Assembly: GCA_048882385.1 (NCBI GenBank)
Contig: JBHLRQ010000003.1
Coordinates: forward strand, 14,504 to 78,503
Direction: 5' to 3'
DNA length: 64,000 bases
Origin: Candidatus Thorarchaeota archaeon
Lineage (GTDB): Archaea; Asgardarchaeota; Thorarchaeia; Thorarchaeales; Thorarchaeaceae
Shown: positions 38,844 to 48,998 of the stretch, piece by piece
Position numbering within the stretch: the first letter of the stretch is position 1
Layout: each line of letters begins with the position of its first letter
Position numbers and translations under genes: made by a program
The notes under the pieces: generated by a model
What the model was told of the DNA's origin: nothing
Database searches by the model: none
The model's input: only the letters and a program-made list of their open reading frames with translations

Positions 38844-39995
38844 ATGAACATAATCAGGAAAGGTGGACTTGGCTCTATAAACGAGATAAAGAAACGTTTC
38901 AGAAAAGAACGATCTGAAGAAGACCTCCAATTTGAAATAGGTCGCATGAACCGTGACATTCTGAAACGTATGTTCGTGGTTGCAGGTAAAGTGGGAAGCG
39001 ACAACATTACTCGGTATGAAGCGAAAGCAAAGAAGCTAGGCTGCGATTTTATTGCAGAGGAGGGTCGTTCGTGGATTCTAACACAAAAAACCATTCGTGA
39101 AAACTATGATCCTTCATATCACAGAGGTGTTCTCCTAATTGGAAACAACAAGGAGCTGCCTGCTACACAGATATCATATCAAAATACCTATGCTTTCACA
39201 GACTTCTTTCTACAAGACCTTGACGGAGATTCCATTCCAGAATTTCCAATTGGAAGAATCTTTGGTCCTCCTGAAACTGTATTATATCATATGGACCCAT
39301 TCATTGTTGATAGTAACATTGCTATAGTGTTTGACAGTCAACCTGAGAGATCTGATAAACACGTAAAGGGTCTAGCAGCTCTTGGATTTGATGTTGAAGT
39401 TCTAAATCGTTATACTAATGATGAGTCTAAACTACTTGCTATGAGTGAGTTCATTCTCCAATTCTCTGATGGTGTATTCACTGCACGTATACACGGGACA
39501 CCAGATCGTTGGGCTACTCACAACTCTGTTATTCTTAGTCATGACCAAGCTGCCTCCATAAAATTTGAGGGCTATCCAGTGATATACTCTGAAGCTTGTA
39601 GTACTGCTCAAGAAGGTCCTCTTCTGAAAGCATTTCTGAATCAGGGAGCTTCGTACATTGGTGCGACATTAGACACCATGAACAATGTCGAGCCATTCAA
39701 CGATTGGAAAATGTGCCCCTATTGTGATGGTTGGAAATTTGGTTTTCTAGACGAGCTGGATTCGCATGAATTGATTGGAGAAGTAAAGGTGTCTGTTGAT
39801 AAGGCTCTGACTGAGCATCTTGATTCCAAATACCTCGTGGAGATAGAAAAAATCCGCAAGGGAGAAACCACAGAATTAACCCAAGACCCAGCGGTTTCAG
39901 TAATAGAATGGGTCTTATTTGGAAATCCCATACGTAGCACAACTGTTGGCCCAAATGCAAATTATACCCCTGGTCTAATTGCTGTAGATACATAA
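38844..39995 (+). CDS. Peptidase C25 (gingipain/caspase-fold)-like protein without signal peptide
   Basis: VLLIG, TD.F..DLDGD..PE..IGR, IHG and SEACST (His-Cys dyad), LFGNP; start 38790 or 38844. Confidence 0.7.
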   Translation: MNIIRKGGLGSINEIKKRFRKERSEEDLQFEIGRMNRDILKRMFVVAGKVGSDNITRYEAKAKKLGCDFIAEEGRSWILTQKTIRENYDPSYHRGVLLIGNNKELPATQISYQNTYAFTDFFLQDLDGDSIPEFPIGRIFGPPETVLYHMDPFIVDSNIAIVFDSQPERSDKHVKGLAALGFDVEVLNRYTNDESKLLAMSEFILQFSDGVFTARIHGTPDRWATHNSVILSHDQAASIKFEGYPVIYSEACSTAQEGPLLKAFLNQGASYIGATLDTMNNVEPFNDWKMCPYCDGWKFGFLDELDSHELIGEVKVSVDKALTEHLDSKYLVEIEKIRKGETTELTQDPAVSVIEWVLFGNPIRSTTVGPNANYTPGLIAVDT

Positions 39996-39996
39996 T

Positions 39997-40341
39997 CTAT
40001 TTTGACCTTGAACGCATCATAGCACCAAGAAATCCACCAAGAGCACCCATTAGAGCCATGAGAATGACCGCAGTCACTATTGTCAGATAGTCTGTAGTAA
40101 AACCAGTCAAGTACTCAGTAACTAGTAGGATTCCTGTATATGATATTAGGGCTCCCATGAAGCCAATAAAAGATGAAACTATCTTTGCTTCCTGAAAAAG
40201 GTAACCAACGACCAGACCCACTACCAAGGGAGTAAAGAGTGCCAAGATAATGAAAAAACCTAGATTCAAACCGATTGCTGCAAGAATCATTAAAAAGAAT
40301 CTACCAGCTTGCGAATCCAATAGTGAAGTTGACGTGGTCAC
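39997..40341 (-). CDS. Small 4-TM membrane protein (DUF5518-like)
   Basis: Gly-rich TMs ending GALGGFLG; GTG start at 40341 after an SD. Confidence 0.7.
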   Translation of the reverse strand: MTTSTSLLDSQAGRFFLMILAAIGLNLGFFIILALFTPLVVGLVVGYLFQEAKIVSSFIGFMGALISYTGILLVTEYLTGFTTDYLTIVTAVILMALMGALGGFLGAMMRSRSK

Positions 40342-40403
40342 TTCTAGACCTCTTCTCTCACAGATTTCGCTGTGGTTATAACAGTGATGTTCTGTTGGTT
40401 CAA

Positions 40404-41303
40404 ATGAGTAAATTGTCATTTAACATCAAAGTTCCAGAAGGATATGACCTTCTCTCATCTATACATTCCTGGATCTATCCAGATATTCAGCCTGTTCCTG
40501 AACAAACAGGATCAGATTTCTTTGGTCGTATATACACTCTAAATGATGAGGATGTAGCATTACTTATCAAACAGCAATCTCCTGGGGAGAACCTTCAAGT
40601 TAGATTCTCTGAATGCAATGTTACTCGAAAGCATCTGAAAGCACTGGTTGAAAGAGTTCTTGGCTTCAAAATCTCATTCGAAGATGCTATTGAACAAATG
40701 AGTCATGACTCAACTATATCCTTCCTTGTTGAGAAAGTGGTAGGAATAAGACCTTACATGTCGCCAACGCTTTTCGAAGCTTTGATTAAAACAATCATTC
40801 AGCAACAGGTTTCGTACAGAGCAGCTAACATATTTACAAAGAGAATGGTTGTTGGTCTTGCCAGCCCAATATCTCATGAGAATCAATTGTTTTATCATTT
40901 TCCAGATGCAATAACAATATCTAATGCTGGTGTCGCTGGAATCAGAGAATTTGGATTTGGATATAAATCTGAATACATCCATAATGTAGCAAAGCTTGTT
41001 GCAAATGGAAGTTTAGATATAGATTCAATGATGGATGAAACATATGAATCAGTACTTGCAGCACTGAAACCCATTAGAGGAATTGGTCAATGGACTGTGG
41101 ATGTGTTATCACTTGCTGGTCTAGGAAATTTCGAAGTATTCCCATATGGTGACCTTGTGATTCAGAAGATTATGGGACGGTTATACAATAAAGGAGAAAG
41201 AATGACGAAGAAACAGGTTCAAGAACACGCAACAATATGGGGTGAATCTGGAACAAAAATACTATACTTGCTGATGAGTGCAGAGGTTCTGGGTTTATTC
41301 TGA
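40404..41303 (+). CDS. HhH-GPD DNA glycosylase (AlkA/3-methyladenine glycosylase II-like)
   Basis: IIQQQVS, FP, IRGIGQWT, FPYGDL. Confidence 0.88.
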   Translation: MSKLSFNIKVPEGYDLLSSIHSWIYPDIQPVPEQTGSDFFGRIYTLNDEDVALLIKQQSPGENLQVRFSECNVTRKHLKALVERVLGFKISFEDAIEQMSHDSTISFLVEKVVGIRPYMSPTLFEALIKTIIQQQVSYRAANIFTKRMVVGLASPISHENQLFYHFPDAITISNAGVAGIREFGFGYKSEYIHNVAKLVANGSLDIDSMMDETYESVLAALKPIRGIGQWTVDVLSLAGLGNFEVFPYGDLVIQKIMGRLYNKGERMTKKQVQEHATIWGESGTKILYLLMSAEVLGLF

Positions 41304-41373
41304 AAAGGCCCGCGGAAAACCCATAAAAGGCACTCAGTTGAAAATTCAGATTGATAACGCTGGTGAAATATAA

Positions 41374-42531
41374 TTGTCTAAGGTTGGGACGAAGAAGAAC
41401 ACAAAACTGTGGCGAATTAGATCCATGTTCCTAAAGGAACTGAAACTAATTCAGAATGACAGGTTTGCATTACTATTGATCTTTATTCTTCCAACTATGA
41501 TAATGGCAACCATGTATATCGCAACAAATCCAAGTGGTATAACTGTAATTCCAGAAACTGGAAAGAATCCAGATGCTGCACGAATTGGAGTTATTGACCT
41601 AGATACGACAAACACATTTCCAACACAGGACCTCTCTGAAAATTTCACTTGGTATCTGACTAATGATCCTGACTTCATTGTACAAGTATTTGAGAGTGAA
41701 GTTGAGGCGTTAGACGCTTTATACTTTGACAGAGTGAATGCTTTTGTTGTCATACCGTACGGATTTGAAGGAAACATTACCAATGATATTCCTGCATTTG
41801 TGGACATTCATGTAAGTAGCACAGATCTGGAAGCTCAGATGTCCATTACTTCTAAATTCAGTAGTGTGGTACATGATTTTCGTCAAGACCATGGGTGGTC
41901 ACAGCGAGAGATTTCTACAGATATGTTCTCTGAGTTTCAACCACCAGGCGGTGGGGGTTTTGAGGCTACATTCGGTGTCTTCATGATTGTTTTTGCTGTA
42001 TTCATCGCAGTGGCTGCCACAGCAGCTCAAGCCATCGTTGGAGATATACCACTCAATCGTATGTTGCTGACACCGGCAACAAAGATGGAAGCTATAATTG
42101 CAAAAGTCTTAGCATATTTTGTCGTTGGAATGTTCCAAACTCAATTCTTACTAATTCTATGGCAGCTCCTCTTCAACATAGATGCATGGGCAGTATATCA
42201 TATATTGAATTTTGTACTTGCACTAATGTCATTTTCAGGTGCTGCTCTTGGTGTCTTAATATCTACAGTAGTAACAACTCGTCTCCAAGCCAATCAATCA
42301 TTTCTCTTCTTGCTGTTTGGTTCTGTTATAGTAGGTACTGGTTTCATTGATGTGGGTCTGGTTGATGACTACTATCCTCTCAACCTCGGAAGAGTAATGA
42401 TGACCGATACTGCTTTCAAGGGTGTTGACATAATTGAGTTCATTGATGAGATCAACATTATTCTCTTTATGTCGCTGATTTTCATTCTAGTAGCTTGGCT
42501 CATCTTTGTCAGAAAAGATACACTTGCTTGA
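41374..42531 (+). CDS. ABC-2 type transporter permease
   Basis: KE...I..D...L...F.LP, extracellular loop, RMLLTP......I.AK, 6 TM. Confidence 0.85.
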   Translation: MSKVGTKKNTKLWRIRSMFLKELKLIQNDRFALLLIFILPTMIMATMYIATNPSGITVIPETGKNPDAARIGVIDLDTTNTFPTQDLSENFTWYLTNDPDFIVQVFESEVEALDALYFDRVNAFVVIPYGFEGNITNDIPAFVDIHVSSTDLEAQMSITSKFSSVVHDFRQDHGWSQREISTDMFSEFQPPGGGGFEATFGVFMIVFAVFIAVAATAAQAIVGDIPLNRMLLTPATKMEAIIAKVLAYFVVGMFQTQFLLILWQLLFNIDAWAVYHILNFVLALMSFSGAALGVLISTVVTTRLQANQSFLFLLFGSVIVGTGFIDVGLVDDYYPLNLGRVMMTDTAFKGVDIIEFIDEINIILFMSLIFILVAWLIFVRKDTLA

Positions 42532-42608
42532 TTTGCTCTCTTCCAAATTTCGAGGCAAGACCCTTAAGTCTGAATGTAGATATCTGAAATTTGGAGGTCT
42601 GATAATCT

Positions 42609-42812
42609 ATGAGTGTTGTGAAAGTAATCGAACTTATTGGAGAGTCCCCTAATAGCTGGGAGGAAGCTTGCAAGAACGCATTGACAGTTGCAGCGAAGAG
42701 TGTCCGTGGAATTGTAGGAATCGATGTTGATCACTTTACGTGTAAAGTCGAGGACAACAAAGTTGTCGCCTTCCGAGCTAATATCAAGGTGGCTTTCAAG
42801 TACGAAGCATGA
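42609..42812 (+). CDS. Dodecin (flavin-binding)
   Basis: KVIELIGES..SWEEA..NA...A.KS.R. Confidence 0.92.
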   Translation: MSVVKVIELIGESPNSWEEACKNALTVAAKSVRGIVGIDVDHFTCKVEDNKVVAFRANIKVAFKYEA

Positions 42813-42887
42813 AATTCGCTAGTCTACGCTTTCATTCTCGTACCATCTTAAGGGGGACTTGAGCAGAATCAGGTCCCTCAATACTTC

Positions 42888-43697
42888 TCAAAAACCTAGA
42901 CTTGCTAGGATGATGACCACTGCATTGTTTACACCGTGCGCAACTGATGGTCCAATGATATTGTAATTTCTTCTTTGTGCCAAGTCACCAAGGAAAAGTC
43001 CTAGTATGAATCTTGCTGGAAGTCCAATCATGTCCAGATGGATTATTCCAAATATGAAACTCGTGATGACGAGGGACAGCAGTCGATAGCTCGAATTTCC
43101 TTGACTCCTGAAGTATATCTCCATCCTTCTTTGAAGGAAACCCCGAAACATTACTTCCTCGGTGAATCCTACAAAGACAAACATGACGATTACCCAGAGA
43201 ACTAGTTCAAATGAATTTCTAGCTATAAGAAGCTCCTCACCAGAAGAGATTGGTCCTGTAATGGTGCTGATAAACCAAGTTACTACAATGTTTGCACCAA
43301 GCATTAATGCACCTATAACTATGCCAAGACCGATATCTACTCCAGAGATCATGTTTTTGATTCCTATCGATGAAATGGGAAGTCCATTTTTCCGGACATA
43401 GTAAATAGGTGGAATTACAAAAGCAATCTCTGCAACAGTCAGAATCAATAGTGCATTTGGATCAATGTAAATGGTCCCCGAATTGAAATCAATATAGATT
43501 AGGTCTGGGTATGCCATCATTGGTACCATTATGATAATTGTAAACAATACCAATAAGACCATTCCAAGAGCGGTTAGGCCAAGAACGCCAACCATACGTC
43601 CTCTTTCAAAATCTCTTTCAAAACGAGTTCCGGGTTCAAAAATCCCGATTCCTTCTGCTTCTTCAAGTTCAAATGCATCAGGGTCGTCCATGACCAA
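42888..43697 (-). CDS. CPBP/CAAX intramembrane glutamic endopeptidase
   Basis: EEVMFRG, FGIIH, HGVNN. Confidence 0.9.
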   Translation of the reverse strand: MVMDDPDAFELEEAEGIGIFEPGTRFERDFERGRMVGVLGLTALGMVLLVLFTIIIMVPMMAYPDLIYIDFNSGTIYIDPNALLILTVAEIAFVIPPIYYVRKNGLPISSIGIKNMISGVDIGLGIVIGALMLGANIVVTWFISTITGPISSGEELLIARNSFELVLWVIVMFVFVGFTEEVMFRGFLQRRMEIYFRSQGNSSYRLLSLVITSFIFGIIHLDMIGLPARFILGLFLGDLAQRRNYNIIGPSVAHGVNNAVVIILASLGF

Positions 43698-43848
43698 TTA
43701 TTGCAACCTCAGGTTGTGAGGTTTAGTAGTGGAATTAAGGATTTGGATTCCTTCATCAACCTGATTGCTCTTTCCAACAGACTTTATGAGGTAAGATTTT
43801 TGTAGATATACCTAAGAGATACCACCTCTGAGTTGAGGTCGAATAGTC

Positions 43849-45858
43849 GTGGATGAAGGTAGAGCGCCTAAGAAGCGTAGAGGCACATTTCTACTTTTCA
43901 CCACAATTCTTGTTGTAGCGACCATCACAGGGTTGTATGCCATTCCTCCATCTTTTACTGTTCCAGATCTTTCTGTGCGAGTAGCAGTGATTGACTCTGG
44001 CATCAATACTGATCAAGAATTAGAAACTAGAGTAGTTGCAAGTAAGAGTTTCATTAATACAACATTCGGCTATACTGGAGATGATAACTCAACTACTGAC
44101 AGCAGTCCCAGTAACATTGCTCATGGAACCTATATTGCCAAGATTATTGCCTTGGAAGCACCAAATGTAGCTATAGTGAATGCAAAGGTTGTTTCCGAGA
44201 ATAATGTGGCAACACCATTAGGTATTGTTGAAGCCATTCGATGGGCAGTTCAGGAGGAGAATTGCAGCGTAATCAACCTCAGTCTTGGTTTTTCGCCAAT
44301 ACTTGATGATTTTGTGAGGTCTACAATTCAATGGGCTTTTCAACATGGTGTTTCAATTGTTGCTGCTGCTGGGAATGATGGAGAAAATGGTATATCTGGA
44401 AGCTCGGTTGAGTCCCCTGCTATATATCCTGAAGTGATTGCGGTAGGGGCACTTGACGAATCAAATTCCCTCTATTCTTTTTCATCGATAGGTCCATTGA
44501 GAAACCGCATTGTTAAACCTGATATTTCAGCCAGTGGATTCTACAAGGACAGCAGACTGACAGTTGTTGGAACAAGTTTTGCGGCTCCTATTGTAGCAGC
44601 AGGGATAGCGCGAATTATTGCACATTGCATTAGCAATGAATGGAGTTGGACTCCGGGAATGATAAAAGCAGCAATAATGATCAGTGCAGCTAAACTTCCA
44701 TATGAAGAATGGGAGGTTGGAGCAGGTCTTTTTGATCTCGAAACCGCTTTTATCTATATCAACAATGCGCAGAAACCAGAAGGTCTTCCTCTAATCGCTG
44801 CTATAACTCCTACAGAGAGTCCTTTCTCTTTCGAGAGATATTTTATCAATCATACTACAAAGATACCTGTATCAATTTTCACTAGCAACCTTGTGACTTT
44901 CAATCTAGCTTATAGAGGCGATGACAGTGAATGGCTTCGTGGACCATCAACAGTCACTGTGAATCAGTCAGGTATATTCACTCTTGACTTGAAAGTAGTT
45001 GCTAACAATACATTAGTGGGTCTTGAGGCTTTTATTTCTCTATATGCCTCTGGATATTTGAATATGCGATTTGAAATGGAATTTGATGCTCGAGCTGCCT
45101 ACAAGGAGATTGCTTTAGATATCAGTCATACTTCTTGGTCAATTGACTCATCGTATGGTCAGTTCCGGGAACTCTATCGAATGTTAACAAAATTTGGCAT
45201 TTCTGTAGATGAACTAAGATATCCTGAGAACCTCACAACTAGCGTTCTCTCCTCCTATGATGCAGTTTTCGTTCTTGATCCCTGCGCTTGGGATTATGTG
45301 GTTGATAATGATGGCTACTCATTTTCGAGGACTGGAGTTTTCTCCTACAGCTCGGAAGAAATTGCGGCGTATGTTACCTACTACAATCAAGGTGGGAATC
45401 TCTTCTTCGCAGCACTATCTAATTCGAGTATAGATCAGCAAAGTGCAAATGACTTGTTCACTCAGTTCAATCTAACCCTCAACAATGATTATGTTCCGGT
45501 AATTACGATTGCTATCAATGGCATGGTTTCAACCGAACTGGTTACCAAAATGGTGGATCATGTCATAACTAGGAGGATTGATTCATTTGATTATAATGGA
45601 TGTTCACTGAACTATACAGGCGATGCCTATGAAATTGCATGGGTTGAGGTGATGCAACGATATGAAAATGGAACACAATATACTCAAAAAAAGACAGTTC
45701 TGGTGGCATCCGAGAATAGTCACGGAGGCAGATTCATAGCTGCAGGTAGTAATTTCTTCTTAGATAATTGGGCTCTTAGCAACAGGTACAGATCTGACCA
45801 AAATCTCAAACTAGTATTGCAATCCGTTTATTGGCTGTTGGACATCTTGAATGATTAG
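43849..45858 (+). CDS. Membrane-anchored subtilisin (S8) protease with C-terminal GATase-like (DUF4350-type) domain
   Basis: Signal/TM, IDSG (Asp), HGT (His), AAGN, GTSFAAP (Ser); C-terminal D.SH...L..YD...GG...N..F. Confidence 0.88.
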   Translation: MDEGRAPKKRRGTFLLFTTILVVATITGLYAIPPSFTVPDLSVRVAVIDSGINTDQELETRVVASKSFINTTFGYTGDDNSTTDSSPSNIAHGTYIAKIIALEAPNVAIVNAKVVSENNVATPLGIVEAIRWAVQEENCSVINLSLGFSPILDDFVRSTIQWAFQHGVSIVAAAGNDGENGISGSSVESPAIYPEVIAVGALDESNSLYSFSSIGPLRNRIVKPDISASGFYKDSRLTVVGTSFAAPIVAAGIARIIAHCISNEWSWTPGMIKAAIMISAAKLPYEEWEVGAGLFDLETAFIYINNAQKPEGLPLIAAITPTESPFSFERYFINHTTKIPVSIFTSNLVTFNLAYRGDDSEWLRGPSTVTVNQSGIFTLDLKVVANNTLVGLEAFISLYASGYLNMRFEMEFDARAAYKEIALDISHTSWSIDSSYGQFRELYRMLTKFGISVDELRYPENLTTSVLSSYDAVFVLDPCAWDYVVDNDGYSFSRTGVFSYSSEEIAAYVTYYNQGGNLFFAALSNSSIDQQSANDLFTQFNLTLNNDYVPVITIAINGMVSTELVTKMVDHVITRRIDSFDYNGCSLNYTGDAYEIAWVEVMQRYENGTQYTQKKTVLVASENSHGGRFIAAGSNFFLDNWALSNRYRSDQNLKLVLQSVYWLLDILND

Positions 45859-46238
45859 AGCAATGGTGCAATTTTCTCGACAGCAGTGTTTGCCGCGTAT
45901 ACGAGAAGACCTGTCTTTATTCCCTTGCTTGCTGCAAGTACCAAGATTGCTTTTTCACCAGCGCTTTTCATTATCATAAGACCTTTCTCGTTCGTCATAA
46001 GTATCTCTTCTAGAGTACCCTGATCCATTCTTTCTGCAGCCAAGTCCGCAACTCCAAGAATTGACGCGGCCATAGCAGCAATCTCTGCTTCTTCAAGACC
46101 TTGGGGTACAGCTGAAGCGATTGGAAGACCTTCTTTTGATAGAAGCATCCAGGCTCGAATACCTGCAGTAAGCGCTGTGGCTTCTTCCATAATTTGTCTT
46201 AGCTTCCCTTGTAATTCTTCGAAGCTAGGATCAAACAT
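45855..46238 (-). CDS. Roadblock/LC7 (MglB-like) protein
   Basis: LSKEGLPIAS...IAAMAAS...G.LE...G......AG..AIL. Confidence 0.9.
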   Translation of the reverse strand: MFDPSFEELQGKLRQIMEEATALTAGIRAWMLLSKEGLPIASAVPQGLEEAEIAAMAASILGVADLAAERMDQGTLEEILMTNEKGLMIMKSAGEKAILVLAASKGIKTGLLVYAANTAVEKIAPLL

Positions 46239-46402
46239 TATGGGTGGTCACTCCTTTCTCTCACTAGGATGGTTGTGATTTGTAGATGCGCATTAATAAA
46301 GTTTAGTTGCTGGGGCCAGTTCCATCATTCTAGAGGGCAAATGCTACATATTGATAGGGAAGGAACTTCATTATGTAGACAAAGAATACGGATGGTCATC
46401 AA

Positions 46403-47011
46403 TTGGTTCACAAACTTGGATCACTTAGTGAGAACAATTCTACTCTTGGTTGGAAAAAAGGCGTCAGAGTACTTGGTGTGTCTGAGAGTTTTGAAAAGTC
46501 TGCATCAAAAAGCGTCCTAGCTGGCGTCATCATGCGAGCAGATATTCGAATTGATGGCTTTGGTGTATGCTTTCCAACGATTGGTGGAACTGATTCTACT
46601 ACTGAGCTATTGTCGCTTTATTCAGATTTGAAGAGAGAGGATATTCGTGCCTGGATGCTTGGAGGAAGTGTTATCTCCTGGTTCAATATTATTGATATCA
46701 AAACACTACACAAGAAGACTAAGATCCCGGTTATCTGTATATCCTATCATCCTTCTGAAGGAATTGAGAAGTATTTGCATGAGTACTTTCCAGAGGATTC
46801 TAATGAACGACTCGAGCTCCTCAAATCAAGCGGTGATAGAGTTGAGGTCCAACTATCTACAGGACATTCAGTCTTTCTTATCGCAGTGGGCATAAGTGTA
46901 ACGCGCGCAAGGAAACTTGTTGACAAATTCACAATTGATGGAAGAGTTCCTGAACCCATTCGTGTTGCCCGTACAATTGCAGCTGGCCTTCAACGAACCT
47001 TGTCATTATGA
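46403..47011 (+). CDS. DUF99 / endonuclease V-like protein
   Basis: RVLGVSES, GGTDST, ISWFNIID, GRVPEPIRVA. Confidence 0.85.
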   Translation: MVHKLGSLSENNSTLGWKKGVRVLGVSESFEKSASKSVLAGVIMRADIRIDGFGVCFPTIGGTDSTTELLSLYSDLKREDIRAWMLGGSVISWFNIIDIKTLHKKTKIPVICISYHPSEGIEKYLHEYFPEDSNERLELLKSSGDRVEVQLSTGHSVFLIAVGISVTRARKLVDKFTIDGRVPEPIRVARTIAAGLQRTLSL

Positions 47012-47023
47012 GGAAACTCAATA

Positions 47024-47686
47024 CTACTTTCTACTGATTTCATCAAGTTGAATCCCCCTCTTCTTGGCATTATTCAAATGCTCCATGTATAGTTCCCAAA
47101 ATATAGATGATATAATAGGGATGTCTAAGAGATCAAGTCTTTCATGACTGGAAAGGAAGAATTGATTGAGAACTTCTGGAGAAACTCCTGATGTTTCAAG
47201 TGCAAGAGCATGGATGAGCATGTCCAGTACATCTGCACCCATTACTATTCTACTCTCAACTGTTTTTGCTTTCTCCATTTCATCCCATAGTTCCAGTATC
47301 CAGGATTCAAAACTGGATTTTGTCTTAGCAATTTGTGAAATCGCATCTCTTTCCAGTTTTTTCTTAATCCTTGCCAAATCATCTCCCCCACTTTTTGATA
47401 CTGAATGTGGTATATCAGAAGTAAGTGCTTCAGGAAGGTCATGAATCAGAGCCATAGATATGACCTTACTTTGATCAACAATCCCGTCACAATCAATCAT
47501 TTCTCTCGAGATTAGCAAAGACAGAATTGCCGTTCCATAGGAATGCTCACTCACTGATTCAGATTGTGAGTGATTTACTCCTACTAAAGCCCAACCTGTT
47601 CTATTCACTCTTTTCAAAGTTTCACTATATTTCACCAGATGAATAATTTCTTTCACAGCTTTCATTTTTTGAAGCTCCTGGCTCAC
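47024..47686 (-). CDS. HD-domain phosphohydrolase (YfbR/HDDC2-like 5'-deoxynucleotidase)
   Basis: LK...RTGW, ESVSEHS, HDLPEA..SD, AD.LD. Confidence 0.88.
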   Translation of the reverse strand: MSQELQKMKAVKEIIHLVKYSETLKRVNRTGWALVGVNHSQSESVSEHSYGTAILSLLISREMIDCDGIVDQSKVISMALIHDLPEALTSDIPHSVSKSGGDDLARIKKKLERDAISQIAKTKSSFESWILELWDEMEKAKTVESRIVMGADVLDMLIHALALETSGVSPEVLNQFFLSSHERLDLLDIPIISSIFWELYMEHLNNAKKRGIQLDEISRK

Positions 47687-47742
47687 TTGTTTTCAAAAAG
47701 AGAAAAAGTGGAGGACTTGAGCCTCCATAAAACGACCAGTAT

Positions 47743-48858
47743 CTAAGGTAGAGTGCTTTCTACGATTATCGAACCATTTACAATGGCGGATCGGTAATCA
47801 ATAGTTACATTCAACATGAAGTCTGTTACCCACAAATCACTTCTGAACTCTAAAAGGTCCGAGAGTTCAACACCATCATTTTCTAGATTGTATTGATCTG
47901 TGATGCCACCCTCAAATGCGAACCATAATGTTGCATTTATCACCCTAGCAATTGCTAGATCTGAACGAGGAACAACACTAGCAACAATCCATGATGGACC
48001 TGCAGCAATGTTAATATCTGGATTCCCAAGATAGTTCTGATCGCCCTCTGCAGCGATCACAAAGGGTTCTCTTCCAGCGATGTCAGAAAAGTATGTTGAA
48101 TTCGCCCTATCCATAGCAGTTCTTACTCCCATAATGCTTCCTCGTACAGGAGCATAAATCACTGTTGCATTTCCTTGTAAAGGACTGAATATAGAATACG
48201 CTAAGGTCTCAGCGGTGGCAGTATCATTGAAAGAACCAACATATTCTGCTGGTAATAATGTTACATTTAGGTTGTATGTCGTGTTTGCATGCTCAAGTCC
48301 CTGTATGAATCCTGCAATCAATCCTTCTACAGTTGAATCACCCTCAACTGAACCAAGGATTCCGACAATATTACTTCTATTGACATTACCAGTAGCCAAG
48401 AAAGCAGCAATAGATCCTGCAAGAAATGCGGCTTCATGTTGAGCAAATGTTGCTGCCGCAACATTGTCTAAAGCCAATGATGGAACTCCTCCAATCAAAG
48501 CAAACTTTTGATTCGGATAATTACCTGCAGCATCAGTTATTGCGCCACTGAGTCCATCGCCGATAGCGATGATGAGGTCGTGTGTCCCAGCTGCAGCTAT
48601 ACTTTCCATCGTGTCTCTCGCTTCTGCAGCAGTATTTTCAACAATGAAATCATAGTTTACAACAACGTCAACATCCTCCAAGCCCTCGTAAGCTTGGTCT
48701 GCCATGCTCAAATCTCCAAATCCTGGATCCAGAACCACGATAGCAATGTTTGAAGGAGCATACTGATTAGTTATAAAGACAAATCCGCCGACTGCGGCAA
48801 ATACTAGTATCACAATGATAAAGGATGATATCACGCCTGACCTTGAGCTCAAAATCAT
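47743..48858 (-). CDS. BMP family substrate-binding protein, membrane anchored
   Basis: N-terminal TM, GDLS....A..G, F..HEAAFLAG..AA; many N-x-S/T sequons; start 48858 or 48894. Confidence 0.85.
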   Translation of the reverse strand: MILSSRSGVISSFIIVILVFAAVGGFVFITNQYAPSNIAIVVLDPGFGDLSMADQAYEGLEDVDVVVNYDFIVENTAAEARDTMESIAAAGTHDLIIAIGDGLSGAITDAAGNYPNQKFALIGGVPSLALDNVAAATFAQHEAAFLAGSIAAFLATGNVNRSNIVGILGSVEGDSTVEGLIAGFIQGLEHANTTYNLNVTLLPAEYVGSFNDTATAETLAYSIFSPLQGNATVIYAPVRGSIMGVRTAMDRANSTYFSDIAGREPFVIAAEGDQNYLGNPDINIAAGPSWIVASVVPRSDLAIARVINATLWFAFEGGITDQYNLENDGVELSDLLEFRSDLWVTDFMLNVTIDYRSAIVNGSIIVESTLP

Positions 48859-48998
48859 GCCTCCGGGGTCGTTAGCCTCGATGCTTTTGACCATAGATAA
48901 AAACTTGTTGCTCTAAGAAGGTTATACTCCATAGAAGGGTTTTCATTGGTCTTTTTGGACATGTTTCCAAATAGAGCATCAGTTATAAATACGGACGC

